37,731 nucleotides of DNA from an uncultured Ruminococcus sp. (GTDB taxonomy: Bacteria; Bacillota; Clostridia; Oscillospirales; Ruminococcaceae). The notes under the pieces are model-generated. The model was not told the DNA's origin. It did no database searches and worked only from the letters and a program-made list of their open reading frames with translations. Shown piece after piece: positions 19,250 to 27,977 of this stretch. A program made the translations under genes and the position numbers. How positions within the stretch are numbered: the stretch's first letter is position 1; every line of letters starts with the position of its first letter. The stretch lies in assembly GCA_947174085.1 (NCBI GenBank), contig CAMWHN010000001.1:1-37731 (forward strand), given 5' to 3'.

Positions 19250-19265
19250 TAGTTGACTTACATCA

Positions 19266-20132
19266 TCAAAAAATAGGGAATAATTTTATACAAGTATAAA
19301 ACGCTGGAACAACAAATAATACACTATCGAATCTATCCATCAAACCGCCATGTCCTGGCATAATATTCCCATAATCTTTAATACCTTTCTGACGTTTAAT
19401 CACAGAAGCTGTCAAATCTCCCAGAACACTGACACCAGCACAGACTAATCCTAATAAAGCCGATTTCAAGCCTTGCAATATACTAAAATCTATGGCATTG
19501 CACTTTGCATAAATCAAGAAAATTAATACAAATATCACAGCATTGCTAATTAAACCGCCAATAAAGCCCTCCACTGTTTTTTTAGGACTAATCTCAGGGC
19601 AAAGCTTATGTTTTCCCAATGCAACACCTGAAAAATAAGCACCAGAATCCGCAATCCATGCACCGCAAAGTGCTAGAATCACATAAAATAAGCCATGTTC
19701 TGCATAAGTTCCATCATCATTAAAAATTATTAAAAATCTAATAGAATATGGCACAAGAATCATACTGGCAATCATAAAAGCACCCTGTTCAACCAGAAAA
19801 TTTTTCGGGTGTCGCATATAATCCCAGAATAGTAATGCCAAGCAAACTGGCAGTAATACATCATCTAATGCATTTATTATCTCCAAAGATGTTAGTGAAG
19901 ATACTATTCCAAAAAATTTATGTGAAAATTCCAGCAAAGAAAATACGCCATAAACCATAACACCAACAGTTGCGAGCTTAAATTCTAAACCACCAATTGC
20001 CCGAATTAATTCAAATAAAATAATTCCAACAATCAATGCTAATGCTATGGGAAATACAAGCGTTTTATGCAAAATCAACACAGCGACAAGAATAATAATT
20101 CCTACACCAGAAGAAATTAACCGTTGTTTCAT
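19266..20132 (-). CDS. cdsA: phosphatidate cytidylyltransferase
   Basis: 288 aa polytopic membrane protein with the CDS signature SVIKRQKGIKDYGNIMPGHGGLMDRFDS. Confidence 0.92.
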   Translation of the reverse strand: MKQRLISSGVGIIILVAVLILHKTLVFPIALALIVGIILFELIRAIGGLEFKLATVGVMVYGVFSLLEFSHKFFGIVSSLTSLEIINALDDVLLPVCLALLFWDYMRHPKNFLVEQGAFMIASMILVPYSIRFLIIFNDDGTYAEHGLFYVILALCGAWIADSGAYFSGVALGKHKLCPEISPKKTVEGFIGGLISNAVIFVLIFLIYAKCNAIDFSILQGLKSALLGLVCAGVSVLGDLTASVIKRQKGIKDYGNIMPGHGGLMDRFDSVLFVVPAFYTCIKLFPIF

Positions 20133-20134
20133 GG

Positions 20135-20872
20135 TTAAACCCCTCCGAATCGTCTGCCTCTGCTTGCGTAATCAATCAAAGCTTTGTTTAATTCTTCAGG
20201 TGAAAAATCAGGCCATAACACATCTGTGAAATAATATTCTGCATAAGCGCACTGCCAAATTAAATAATTCGACAATCTTAATTCACCACTAGGACGAATG
20301 ACTAAATCTACATCAGGTAATCCAGCCGTATATAAATGCTCTGCAATAGTATTTTCTGTAATATCTTCTGGATTTAATTTACCAGATTTGACTAATTCTG
20401 CAATTTCTCTTGTGGCATGTGCAATTTCATCACGTCCGCCATAATTACAAGCCAATAAAACAGTTAATCTGGAATGATGTGCTGTATCCTGTTCAAGCTT
20501 AATCATGCGATTTTTAATATCTTCTGGATAAGCATTTTTATCTCCTAAAAAAATTGCTCTTACACCGTCACCCAAATGCATTTGTACTTCGTCAAGATAT
20601 TCACGCATAATTTTTAAAATGCCATCAATTTCATTTTTAGGACGTTTCCAATTTTCAGTAGAAAACACATAAAAAGATGCGTATTTAATGCCAATATCTT
20701 TACAATACTGCATAATTTTTTTAAAATTTTTGCCACCTTCGACATGTCCCAAACTTCTTGGCAAACCACGCTTTTTTGCCCATCTGCCATTGCCGTCCAT
20801 GATAAAACCAACATGTACTGGAAGTACTTCTGGTAATTCTGTTGATTCTATCTTTTTTTTCATAAAAGCCAT
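20135..20872 (-). CDS. uppS: undecaprenyl diphosphate synthase
   Basis: 245 aa. HVGFIMDGNGRWA, FSTENWKRP, and RPSGELRLSN. Confidence 0.95.
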   Translation of the reverse strand: MAFMKKKIESTELPEVLPVHVGFIMDGNGRWAKKRGLPRSLGHVEGGKNFKKIMQYCKDIGIKYASFYVFSTENWKRPKNEIDGILKIMREYLDEVQMHLGDGVRAIFLGDKNAYPEDIKNRMIKLEQDTAHHSRLTVLLACNYGGRDEIAHATREIAELVKSGKLNPEDITENTIAEHLYTAGLPDVDLVIRPSGELRLSNYLIWQCAYAEYYFTDVLWPDFSPEELNKALIDYASRGRRFGGV

Positions 20873-20892
20873 TTATTAATTAACTCCTAAAA

Positions 20893-21447
20893 TTAAATAC
20901 TCATAATTTCTTTTTCTTTTTCAGAAACTACCTTGTCAACTTCGTCACAGTATTTATCTGTTAATTTCTGTAATTTCTTTTCAGCGTCTTTCTGGTCATC
21001 TTCTGTGATTTCACTATTTTTTTTCATAGCCTTGAATTTATCTAAACTATCACGGCGCACATTTCTGACACTCACTTTGGCATCTTCGCCGTATTTTTTC
21101 ACACTCTTGCAAAGTTCTTTACGACGTTCTGCTGTTGGCTGTGGGAAAGATAATCTGATTACTTTACCATCATTATTTGGTGTAATTCCCAAATCAGATG
21201 CTTGAATTGCTTTCTCAATTGCTTTGAGTGTAGAAACGTCCCACGGCTGAATGACTAATACTCTAGCTTCTGCAACAGAAATAGCTGCCATTTGCTGAAT
21301 TGGTGTAGGAACACCATAATAATCTACATTGATTTTATCCAGAACTGCTGGAGTTGCTCTGCCGGCACGGATAGATGCAAAATTATTTTGCAAACTATTT
21401 ACGCTTTTTTGCATTTTTTCTTCTGCATGTTTCAAAGTTTCTTTCAT
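20893..21447 (-). CDS. frr: ribosome recycling factor
   Basis: 184 aa. IRAGRATPAVLD, typical RRF length and charged C-terminal helix. Confidence 0.97.
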   Translation of the reverse strand: MKETLKHAEEKMQKSVNSLQNNFASIRAGRATPAVLDKINVDYYGVPTPIQQMAAISVAEARVLVIQPWDVSTLKAIEKAIQASDLGITPNNDGKVIRLSFPQPTAERRKELCKSVKKYGEDAKVSVRNVRRDSLDKFKAMKKNSEITEDDQKDAEKKLQKLTDKYCDEVDKVVSEKEKEIMSI

Positions 21448-21493
21448 GATACATCAAACCTTTCTTGTCTTGATTAAAAAATTTTTTTAAATT

Positions 21494-22204
21494 TTATTCT
21501 TCCGTAATCACAGTGCCAACTGGTTTTCCTAACACAGCATCTAAAATATTATCTGGTCTGCTTAAATCAAACACTAACATTGGCAAATGATTATCACGGC
21601 ACATTGTAGCCGCTGTCATATCCATAACAGCTAATTCTTCATTTAATACTTGACTAAACGTCAATTTATCATAACGCTTTGCATCTTCAAATTTATGAGG
21701 GTCTTTGTCATACACGCCGTCTACCAGAGTCGCTTTCAAAAAAACTTCTGCTTCTGTTTCGACACCACGCAAAGCCGCCGCTGTATCTGTTGAGAAAAAC
21801 GGATTCCCCGTGCCACAACCAAAAATTACAACTCTACCCTTTTGTAAATGGCTCATTGCTTTATTGCGAATATATGGCTCTGCCACTTGTTGCATAATAA
21901 TAGCCGTCTGCACACGGACTTCTACGCCGAGTGATTCTAACACATCAGCAATAGCCATAGCATTAATTGTCGTTGCCAACATGCCCATATGGTCGGCACG
22001 AGTTCTGTCAAGACCACCACTCATACGACCACGCAGGAAATTTCCACCACCGACAACAATACCAATTTGTACACCGACATCAACGCATTTTTTAATACTT
22101 TCACAGATAGTACGAATCACGGCATAATCCAAACCAATTTTCTTTTCTCCGGCAAGTGCTTCACCGCTAAGCTTTAACAAAATTCTTTTGTATTTCAGCT
22201 CCAT
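21494..22204 (-). CDS. pyrH: UMP kinase
   Basis: 236 aa. [19 protein letters not shown], and [14 protein letters not shown]. Confidence 0.97.
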   Translation of the reverse strand: MELKYKRILLKLSGEALAGEKKIGLDYAVIRTICESIKKCVDVGVQIGIVVGGGNFLRGRMSGGLDRTRADHMGMLATTINAMAIADVLESLGVEVRVQTAIIMQQVAEPYIRNKAMSHLQKGRVVIFGCGTGNPFFSTDTAAALRGVETEAEVFLKATLVDGVYDKDPHKFEDAKRYDKLTFSQVLNEELAVMDMTAATMCRDNHLPMLVFDLSRPDNILDAVLGKPVGTVITEE

Positions 22205-22242
22205 AATAAATACACCTCTCTAAACTATATATACTACTATCT

Positions 22243-22271
22243 ATTTTACACTAAAATTACAAATCTGTAAA
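22243..22271 (-). promoter_or_regulatory. predicted promoter for pyrH-frr (needed because tsf is no longer upstream)
   Basis: Minus-strand TTTACA (22271-22266), 17-nt spacer, TAAAAT (22248-22243). Confidence 0.4.
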
Positions 22272-22416
22272 GAGTTTTTTCAAAAAAATTTTCTGAAAAT
22301 TAAAAAATATTTTTGGACAAGCTACATATTACAGAAAATAATTGCATATCTTGCTAATAAGCAAATTATAAATTATTAAATTATAAATTAGAAATTATCA
22401 AGGAGAAAAATGCGTC

Positions 22417-23010
22417 ATGAGAATTTTATTATATCATAAAAATTTACATTCTGTTGAAAAAAATATTCTTGAAAGAGCTTCACAGCGTAAGCATATGTTG
22501 AAAAAAACTATTATTTGGGATATTTTATTATTCATTTTACTCAGCATTGGAAGCATGTTAATTTGGATATTTTCACCAATTTTGGCACAAATCCCCATGT
22601 TAAATGTTTTTATTCCCGTTCGTGTGAGTGTGTGGGAGCATTTAAAATTGCTTTATTTTCCGACATTTTTTATTGCATTCATAAGATATTTATTCATGGG
22701 CAATTTACAAAAAGGCATTTTAACAACTTATGCACAGGGTATTTTATTAGCTATGAGTATGATGACAGCAGGGCATTATATTATTGCTGGAATCTTAGGC
22801 AAATTATTTTTTCTCACAGATATTATATTTTTTTATTTCAGCATGTTAATTTTAATCTGGTACTTGCGAACACACGCCGATAGACAGAAAAAAAGCAGTC
22901 TGTCAGGATTTCTGGTATTATTTCTCTTAACAGTCTGCTTTTTCTATTTTACTTATCATATGCCTATAGAAATAGGCTTATTTCAAGAAATTACTCTGCA
23001 ATCGCAATAA
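22417..23010 (+). CDS. uncharacterised small polytopic membrane protein
   Basis: 197 aa with about 5 hydrophobic segments. GGAG at 22402-22405. The start is uncertain: ATG 22417, or internal MLKK at 22492. The 3' end overlaps the convergent ridA by 20 nt. Confidence 0.6.
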   Translation: MRILLYHKNLHSVEKNILERASQRKHMLKKTIIWDILLFILLSIGSMLIWIFSPILAQIPMLNVFIPVRVSVWEHLKLLYFPTFFIAFIRYLFMGNLQKGILTTYAQGILLAMSMMTAGHYIIAGILGKLFFLTDIIFFYFSMLILIWYLRTHADRQKKSSLSGFLVLFLLTVCFFYFTYHMPIEIGLFQEITLQSQ

Positions 23011-23371
23011 CTTCCACTTCTACCAAAGCACCTTTTGGCAAATCTTTTACAGCGACACAGCTACGAGCCGGCTTTTCTGTAATATACTTGCCATAAATTT
23101 CATTAAATGCACCGAAATCTGAAATATTAGCTAAGAAACAAGTTGTTTTTACAACTTTTGCAAAATCACTTCCAGACGCTTCTAAAACATGTTGCAGATT
23201 TTGCATTACTTGTTCTGTTTGTCCCTGAATATCACTTGCTTCAATATTGCCAGTTGCCGGAACAATGGCAATTTGTCCTGAAGTATATACCATGCCATTT
23301 ACCTTAATTGCCTGTGAATAAGGGCCAATAGCAGCCGGTGCTTGCTCTGTATAAATTTTTTCCATAATCAA
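22991..23371 (-). CDS. ridA: RidA family enamine/imine deaminase
   Basis: 126 aa. APAAIGPYSQA and the C-terminal ARSCVAV..LPKGALVEVE pattern of YjgF/RidA. It lies directly downstream of ilvA, whose reactive product RidA proteins quench. Confidence 0.9.
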   Translation of the reverse strand: MIMEKIYTEQAPAAIGPYSQAIKVNGMVYTSGQIAIVPATGNIEASDIQGQTEQVMQNLQHVLEASGSDFAKVVKTTCFLANISDFGAFNEIYGKYITEKPARSCVAVKDLPKGALVEVEVIAIAE

Positions 23372-23389
23372 CAGCTCCTTATTATATTA

Positions 23390-24589
23390 TTAATTTATAA
23401 TTTTAAAACCTCTATCTGTTAAAGCTTGACGAATTTGTCTGATATGCTCATGATTTCTGGTTTCCAGACCAATTCTCAAAATGCAATCTGTAATATCATC
23501 ACCTTCACTTGCTCTTTCATGATGAATAGAAATAACATTACCGCCTAAATCTGCTAAAATTGCAGAAACATCTTTTAATTGTCCGGGTTTATCTTCTAAC
23601 CGAATTGCCAGAACATCACTATGCCCAGATTTTAATTGCCCTCTTTTGATAACTCTTGACAAAATAGTCACATCAATATTACCCCCAGAAACCAGACAAA
23701 CAACGTTTTTATTTTTAATATCCGGAATTTTTCCGAACATTACCGCTGCAACAGAAACAGCTCCCGCACCCTCAGCAATTAATTTATGCTGTTCAATCAA
23801 AGCCAAAATGGCAGAAGATACTTCATCATCTGTTACAATAACAACGCCATCTACATATTTTTTAACTAACTCAAAAGTATGCTCCCCCGGTTCTTTTACT
23901 TTGATACCATCTGCAATAGTACCGACTTTTTCAAGGCAGATAATCTCATTATTTTCAATCGACTGCACCATAGAGGGCGCACCGCTTGCTTGTACTCCAT
24001 AAACTTTAATATTAGGGTTTAAATTTTTTAATGCAAAAGCAACACCGGAAATTAATCCGCCTCCGCCAACAGGCACAACAACAACATCTACGTCCCGGAG
24101 TTGCTTACTAATTTCTAATCCGATAGTTCCTTGACCTGCAATGACATCTTCATCATCAAACGGGTGTATAAACGTATAACCTTTTTCATCACGAAGCTGT
24201 AATGCTTTTTGATAGGCATCATCATAAACACCAGAAACTAAACATACCTCTGCGCCATAGCCTTTGGTTGCTTCTACTTTAGAAATCGGCGCACCATCTG
24301 GCAAACAAATTAAAGACGGAATGCCATTTTTAGTAGCCGCCAAAGCAACACCTTGTGCATGATTTCCAGCGGAACATGCAATGACACCTTTTTGTTTTTC
24401 TTCTTCGCTTAATTGCGAAATTTTATAATATGCGCCACGAACTTTAAACGACCCTGTAATTTGCAAATTTTCTGTTTTGAGATATACATTTGCATCTGGA
24501 CAGATTTTAGGCGCATGAATCATGTCAGTTTGTCTAATCACATCTTCTAAGACATAACTTGCATGATAAATTTTATCTAGCGTTAGCAC
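23390..24589 (-). CDS. ilvA: threonine ammonia-lyase (single ACT-like C-terminal domain)
   Basis: 399 aa. PLP-lysine motif GSFKVRGAYYK, SAGNHAQG, and PVGGGGLISG. The start is GTG at 24589 with only a weak RBS, so the exact start is uncertain. Confidence 0.9.
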   Translation of the reverse strand: MLTLDKIYHASYVLEDVIRQTDMIHAPKICPDANVYLKTENLQITGSFKVRGAYYKISQLSEEEKQKGVIACSAGNHAQGVALAATKNGIPSLICLPDGAPISKVEATKGYGAEVCLVSGVYDDAYQKALQLRDEKGYTFIHPFDDEDVIAGQGTIGLEISKQLRDVDVVVVPVGGGGLISGVAFALKNLNPNIKVYGVQASGAPSMVQSIENNEIICLEKVGTIADGIKVKEPGEHTFELVKKYVDGVVIVTDDEVSSAILALIEQHKLIAEGAGAVSVAAVMFGKIPDIKNKNVVCLVSGGNIDVTILSRVIKRGQLKSGHSDVLAIRLEDKPGQLKDVSAILADLGGNVISIHHERASEGDDITDCILRIGLETRNHEHIRQIRQALTDRGFKIIN

Positions 24590-24768
24590 AAAAATCCGTT
24601 ACTGAAAACTTATAAAAAGTGATAAAGTAAACTTTTATGTTTCATTCCTTGTTCCACGTGTCCATTTTCGACAAGTCTAATCATGTTTGAGATAACACTT
24701 GTTCCAAAAGCAATCTGTGCTTGGTTATCGCACTCTGTTCTGTACAACCTCCCCAGACTGACAAGAAT
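24590..24768 (-). promoter_or_regulatory. long 5' leader of ilvA, function unknown
   Basis: About 175 nt between the predicted -10 and the GTG start. It contains local hairpins (GATAAC/GTTATC enclosing AAGCA/TGCTT) and a duplicated GGAACAAG word. Confidence 0.35.
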
Positions 24769-24797
24769 AGTATCACATTAAAAATTTACTTTGTCAA
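24769..24797 (-). promoter_or_regulatory. predicted sigma-A promoter for ilvA-ridA
   Basis: Minus-strand TTGACA (24797-24792), 17-nt spacer, TGtGATACT (-10 at 24774-24769). Confidence 0.5.
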
Positions 24798-24876
24798 GTG
24801 TCAATAACGGTTTTCACCTCACTTTCTTATAAAATTTTCTTCTTGTTTCTATTTTTTTATAGAATTGTTTTAACTG

Positions 24877-26172
24877 TTAAAAGTCTCCTTTTTGTTTCGC
24901 ATATAATTGCTCTATTAATTGCCGAGCAGACCTTGCCGAACGTCCGCTTTTTCTTAAAGCAAAACGTTCAGCTTCTATCGCAAGCGTATTAGAATCTAAT
25001 TCTAATTCATATTGTTTTGCGAGTTGATTCACAATTTCAAGATATAAATTTTTATTCGGCTTATCATATAAAATCTGAATCCCAAATCTTTCTGAAAGCG
25101 AAATAGTTTCCTGAATGGTATCATTTCTGTGAATTTCGTCACCGTCTCTTTGCGAAAACGTCTCACGCACAATATGCCGTCTATTGCTAGTAGCATAAAT
25201 CACAGTATTATGCAATCTTGCAGAAATACTGCCCTCTAAAACGGCTTTTAACGCACTGAAATCATCATCATTTTCTTGAAAACTCAAATCATCAATAAAC
25301 AAAATAAATTTCAATGGATTTTCGCTTAATCCTTCTAATAATTTTGGTAATAAATGCAATTCATTTTTGCTTAATTCAATTAATCTCAAACCCTCGTCAG
25401 CAAATGCATTTGCAACGGCTTTGACAGTCGCAGATTTTCCTGTGCCTGCGTCTCCGTATAATAAAATATTAGATGCTTTTAAGCCATTTAATAAAGCTTT
25501 TGTATTTTCAATTACTTGATTTCTTTGCCATTCATAGCCGATTAAATCACGTAACTGCACAGAATCCGGATATTTCACAGGCTTAAGAACAAAGCCATTT
25601 TCGGCATGATGATCTAATTGCATATGAAACATGTTATAAATCGCATAATCACCATAGCCATGCTTATGAATATTTGCAAACCACTTAAAATAAATTTCTT
25701 GCAAATTAACTAAGTAGTCAGCACGCCATTTTGGAATATCATCTGGTGCATCATCTGGCGGATAATCAGCCATTAAAATATGTTCAATCTCAAAATCATC
25801 CCAATAAGATATAATATGCTCATCTTCAAAAAGCATTTCAGGTGTGACAGAAGCAATTTCGGTCAAAATTTCCAAATCATTTCTAGCTGATTTTTCAATA
25901 TATTTTGGGATTTCTTGTTTTTTTGCAACAAAATATACACATGGATTTTCAAGAGATAATATTTTATTTTTTAAATATTCTGTCCAATTATCCGTATGAC
26001 CAATTTCATATAATGCACTACAGAATTTCGCATGAAATTCTTCTTTTTTTTCAGGAACATATGCATAATGATAAATACACTGTTCAAATGCATGAAAAAC
26101 TTCATCTTGTTTTAATTTACGAAAAACAGATAAGCTATTTAATTTTTTAACTAGTTCCTTTGCATAGCCCAT
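24877..26172 (-). CDS. DUF815-type AAA ATPase of unknown function
   Basis: 431 aa. Walker A LLYGDAGTGKSATVKA, Walker B FILFIDDLSF, then YATSNRRHIV, which matches my memory of the DUF815 family. The start is 2 nt after the leuD stop. Confidence 0.8.
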   Translation of the reverse strand: MGYAKELVKKLNSLSVFRKLKQDEVFHAFEQCIYHYAYVPEKKEEFHAKFCSALYEIGHTDNWTEYLKNKILSLENPCVYFVAKKQEIPKYIEKSARNDLEILTEIASVTPEMLFEDEHIISYWDDFEIEHILMADYPPDDAPDDIPKWRADYLVNLQEIYFKWFANIHKHGYGDYAIYNMFHMQLDHHAENGFVLKPVKYPDSVQLRDLIGYEWQRNQVIENTKALLNGLKASNILLYGDAGTGKSATVKAVANAFADEGLRLIELSKNELHLLPKLLEGLSENPLKFILFIDDLSFQENDDDFSALKAVLEGSISARLHNTVIYATSNRRHIVRETFSQRDGDEIHRNDTIQETISLSERFGIQILYDKPNKNLYLEIVNQLAKQYELELDSNTLAIEAERFALRKSGRSARSARQLIEQLYAKQKGDF

Positions 26173-26173
26173 A

Positions 26174-26668
26174 TTATTGAATACTTCCGTTTTTAATAGA
26201 TTCTACTAAACCGCCATTTTCAATAATTATCTGAATAAATGCCGGAAATGGCTCAACTTGATAATCTTCCCCAGTCGTCTCATTATGCAAAATGCCGTTA
26301 TTCAAATCAGCCTTAATGATATTACCCTCTGCAATAGCGTCAGACGCTTCTGGAGATTCTACAATTGCAAGACCAATATTAATAGCATTGCGATAAAAAA
26401 TTCTTGCAAAACTTTTCGCAATCACAAGAGAAATGCCACTTGCTTTAATAGCAATAGGCGCATGTTCCCTAGAAGAACCACAGCCAAAATTCCAGCCAGC
26501 AACCATAATATCACCAGTTTGTACACGACTTGTAAAAGTTTTATCTAAATCTTCCATGCAGTGAGAAGCAAGTTCTTTGTGGTCACTCGTATTCAAATAT
26601 CTAGCCGGAATAATTACATCTGTATCAACATTATCACCGTATTTAATTACTTTGCCTGTCATTTCCAT
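26174..26668 (-). CDS. leuD: 3-isopropylmalate dehydratase small subunit (short type)
   Basis: 164 aa. IIPARYL and [10 protein letters not shown] motifs. Confidence 0.9.
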   Translation of the reverse strand: MEMTGKVIKYGDNVDTDVIIPARYLNTSDHKELASHCMEDLDKTFTSRVQTGDIMVAGWNFGCGSSREHAPIAIKASGISLVIAKSFARIFYRNAINIGLAIVESPEASDAIAEGNIIKADLNNGILHNETTGEDYQVEPFPAFIQIIIENGGLVESIKNGSIQ

Positions 26669-26670
26669 AA

Positions 26671-27933
26671 TTAAACAACCTCCTCTGGAGCTGAAATTTT
26701 ACCTGTGATAGCACTCGCAGCGGCAACTTCAGGACTAGCTAAATAAATTTCAGAATCTACATGCCCCATTCTACCAATAAAATTTCTATTAGTAGTTGCA
26801 ACCGCACGTTCACCCTCTGCCAGAATGCCCATATAACCACCCAGACAAGGTCCACAAGTCGGTGTAGAAACAACAGCACCACATTCAATAAACGTTTTCA
26901 AATAGCCGGCTTCCATAGCTTCCAGATAAATTTTCTGTGTTGCCGGAATTACAATGCAACGTACATGTTTCGCAACTTTTTTACCCTTCATAATTTCAGC
27001 GGCAACTTTTAAGTCCTGTAATCTGCCGTTAGTACAAGAACCTATTACAACCTGTTGAATTTGAATCTCATCAATTTCATCTAGTGTATGTGTATTTTCC
27101 GGTAAATGCGGGAATGAAACTGTATGTTTAATTTCAGATAAATTAATCTCATAAACTTGCTCATAAACAGCATCTTCATCAGCTTCATAAACAACAGGCT
27201 CTCTATCAGAATGTTCTTTCACATAAGCTTTCGTAATTTCATCAACCGCAAAAATACCATTTTTTGCCCCTGCTTCAATTGCCATATTCGCCATGCAAAG
27301 TCTATCTGCCATGGACAAGCTAGCTAAGCCCTCACCAACAAATTCCATAGATTTATATAACGCACCATCAACGCCAATTTTTCCGATAATATGCAAAATC
27401 ACATCTTTACCGGAAATATATTTATTAAGCTTACCAGTTAAAACAAATTTAATTGCAGACGGCACTTTGAACCAAGCTTTACCAATTGCCATACCGCAAG
27501 CCATATCTGTTGAGCCAACACCTGTTGAAAATGCACCTAATGCACCATAAGTACAAGTATGAGAATCCGCACCAATCACAGCGTCACCAGAAACAACAAG
27601 TCCTTTTTCTGGTAATAATGCGTGTTCAATTCCCATTTGTCCGACATCATAAAAATTTGTAATTTCCTGATTATCACAGAAATCACGGCACATCATGCAC
27701 TGTTGAGCAGCTTTAATATCTTTATTCGGTGCAAAATGATCCATTACCATTGTTACTTTTTGCGTATCAAAAACAGTTTCTTTGCCCATATTCTGAAACG
27801 CTTTAATTGCAACAGGTGAAGTAATATCATTGCCAAGCACTAAATCTAAATTTACTAAAATTAATTGCCCTGCCTCTACACTAGATAATCCAGCATGTTT
27901 TGCCAGAATTTTCTGTGTCATAGTCATACCCAT
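26671..27933 (-). CDS. leuC: 3-isopropylmalate dehydratase large subunit (about 420-aa type)
   Basis: [13 protein letters not shown] and GSCTNGR / CGPCLG Fe-S cluster motifs. I prefer ATG 27933, 9 nt after GAAAGGA. The TTG at 27942 abuts the RBS. Confidence 0.9.
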   Translation of the reverse strand: MGMTMTQKILAKHAGLSSVEAGQLILVNLDLVLGNDITSPVAIKAFQNMGKETVFDTQKVTMVMDHFAPNKDIKAAQQCMMCRDFCDNQEITNFYDVGQMGIEHALLPEKGLVVSGDAVIGADSHTCTYGALGAFSTGVGSTDMACGMAIGKAWFKVPSAIKFVLTGKLNKYISGKDVILHIIGKIGVDGALYKSMEFVGEGLASLSMADRLCMANMAIEAGAKNGIFAVDEITKAYVKEHSDREPVVYEADEDAVYEQVYEINLSEIKHTVSFPHLPENTHTLDEIDEIQIQQVVIGSCTNGRLQDLKVAAEIMKGKKVAKHVRCIVIPATQKIYLEAMEAGYLKTFIECGAVVSTPTCGPCLGGYMGILAEGERAVATTNRNFIGRMGHVDSEIYLASPEVAAASAITGKISAPEEVV

Positions 27934-27977
27934 GTTTATCAATCCTTTCTTAATTATTTATATTTTATATTATTAAA

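Noticed and set aside
18779-19265. Known RNA or mobile-element explanations for the insert: RNase P, tmRNA, SRP, 6S, T-box, common riboswitch cores, group II intron domain V, retron msr/msd, IS605/IscB omega RNA, MITE
   Set aside because: I found none of the expected signatures: no GAGGAAAGUCC-type P4, no tRNA-like end or tag ORF, no T-box core, no AGC-bulge-GNRA domain V, no adjacent RT/TnpB/IscB gene, and no terminal inverted repeats. These checks were from memory only, so a formal Rfam scan is still required.
21705-22127. 140-aa ORF on the + strand, and other antisense ORFs (for example 36525-36956, 22515-22883, 23646-24002, 5996-6301, 722-913)
   Set aside because: All lie inside or opposite well-supported conserved genes, lack RBSs, and have low-complexity or biased composition. 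They are shadow ORFs.
22363-22390. 2.5 tandem copies of a 15-nt AT-only unit (AAATTATAAATTATT) upstream of the membrane protein gene
   Set aside because: This is pure A/T low-complexity sequence in a 17% G+C spacer. Such repeats arise by chance or slippage, and there are no spacers or a repeat architecture suggesting CRISPR or an operator.
24590-24768. T-box riboswitch call for the ilvA leader
   Set aside because: There is only a loose resemblance (GTGGAACAAGG) to the T-box core. No specifier loop, no terminator with a U-tail and no antiterminator geometry could be drawn. It is kept as an unexplained leader instead.
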